Shown here in pieces: positions 46,910-47,715 of a stretch of DNA of 47,715 nucleotides. Every line of letters starts with the position of its first letter. Within the stretch, counting starts at the first letter, position 1. The position numbers were made by a program, and so were the translations under genes. This stretch comes from Verrucomicrobiales bacterium (lineage in GTDB: Bacteria > Verrucomicrobiota > Verrucomicrobiia > Verrucomicrobiales > V1-33), in contig JANOAV010000074.1 of the NCBI GenBank assembly GCA_031411295.1, positions 1 through 47,715 of the forward strand, read 5' to 3'. Under the pieces are notes generated by a model. The model was given only the letters and a program-made list of their open reading frames with translations. It was not told the origin of the DNA and searched no databases.

Positions 46910-47715
46910 ATGAAAACCATGCAAACACTCATTCGTCACTTCCTCCTTGGCACTATCCTCATCGCGCCGAGCTTTGCTGATGCGACCAAACTCTTCTCCG
47001 TTGGAGACCGCAGATTCGGGGCAGACGGTAATTACACCTTCGCGGACCGGGCCACAGGTGACTTCTATCAAGGCCGTTTCTCGGCCTGGGCAGATGGCTA
47101 CGTGCTAGATAAGAAATTCCGCTTAGCTAGTGGAGAGGCCAATCTGGACATCAAACGGCCCAGCGCCTGCCGCGCTTATGGCAATCTCAAGGCACTTGGC
47201 GCTACACTAACTAGTTGGGACCGCAGTTTTAATGGCAGCACGGAGTTTTCTACTGCCCCCTTCTATCAAGCTGAGATCGGCGGAACCGCGAAATTTGGTG
47301 TGGGCCCCATTAACCTATCACTGACAGCGAAAGCAGAGCTGAAAATCTATGCCAAAGGCTCCGCTGCTGTCACTTGGTCCTCCAGCACTGGTCGCCCCAT
47401 TGTCAAAGCAAGCGCTGGTCCTGCCCTCGATGCCGCGGCAAGCGCTGGCATGTCCGTCAACGCCATCGTAGCTAGCGCTGGTGTGGAGTCTAAACTGACT
47501 CTCACCGGCTACGGACTGATGGGCAATCTAGAATATATCCCACGCAGCTCTGGCAACCCTACTATCAAGTATTCCATTACTGCAAACACCGCAGCAACCA
47601 ACGGCTACATCAAGGCTTGGTATAAGGTCCTGTTCTACAAACACACCAAAACCATTGCTGAATACAATGCAGGACCAACCTCAAGTGTGCTCACCGAAGG
47701 CACTCGCCAACTATA
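46910..47715 (+). CDS. Hypothetical secreted beta-strand-rich protein (not in the ORF track; runs to the window edge)
   Basis: Open frame of 268 codons, MKTMQTLIRHFLLGTILIAPSFA-DATKLF...FGVGPINLSLTA...ASAGVESKLTL...; A/C-rich leader. The window ends in-frame at TA, possibly the stop. Confidence 0.8.
   Translation, partial: MKTMQTLIRHFLLGTILIAPSFADATKLFSVGDRRFGADGNYTFADRATGDFYQGRFSAWADGYVLDKKFRLASGEANLDIKRPSACRAYGNLKALGATLTSWDRSFNGSTEFSTAPFYQAEIGGTAKFGVGPINLSLTAKAELKIYAKGSAAVTWSSSTGRPIVKASAGPALDAAASAGMSVNAIVASAGVESKLTLTGYGLMGNLEYIPRSSGNPTIKYSITANTAATNGYIKAWYKVLFYKHTKTIAEYNAGPTSSVLTEGTRQL

Noticed and set aside
46658..47071. 137-aa minus-strand ORF with a poly-Cys run
   Set aside because: Antisense to the 46910 gene; the Cys run is simply the complement of the AAC-repeat leader.

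Overview
This window looks like chromosomal DNA from a Verrucomicrobiota-type (PVC) bacterium. That is an inference from the PVC-type membrane-bound dehydrogenase, the several ECF sigma factors, the Ser/Thr kinases and the tandem PilB/GspE ATPases. It has about 35 CDS. Housekeeping genes (folB, bioD, recR, argS, an aspC-like aminotransferase, an LptF/G permease) are mixed with signalling and envelope genes. Main points: (1) a REP-associated tyrosine transposase (RAYT) bracketed by inverted doublets of its likely cognate 23-bp GGAG-hairpin REP. A fifth copy also brackets the neighbouring AAA ATPase, and the RAYT 3' end carries a 37-bp repeat/29-bp spacer/37-bp repeat. (2) A module of an ECF sigma factor with no adjacent anti-sigma, divergent from a 2246-aa kinase-cyclase-kinase-TM-14xWD40-TPR protein, followed by a secreted beta-rich protein. 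A shared candidate promoter motif lies upstream of the sigma and the secreted protein. (3) An rpoE-like operon ending in an HtrA-like protein that lacks all three catalytic residues. (4) An ECF/anti-sigma pair whose anti-sigma seems to carry a secretin-N-like domain. (5) A degenerate class III cyclase next to a kinase. (6) Apparently leaderless sigma70 promoters. I saw no rRNA, tRNA or cas genes. All calls come from reading motifs by eye; no searches were run.
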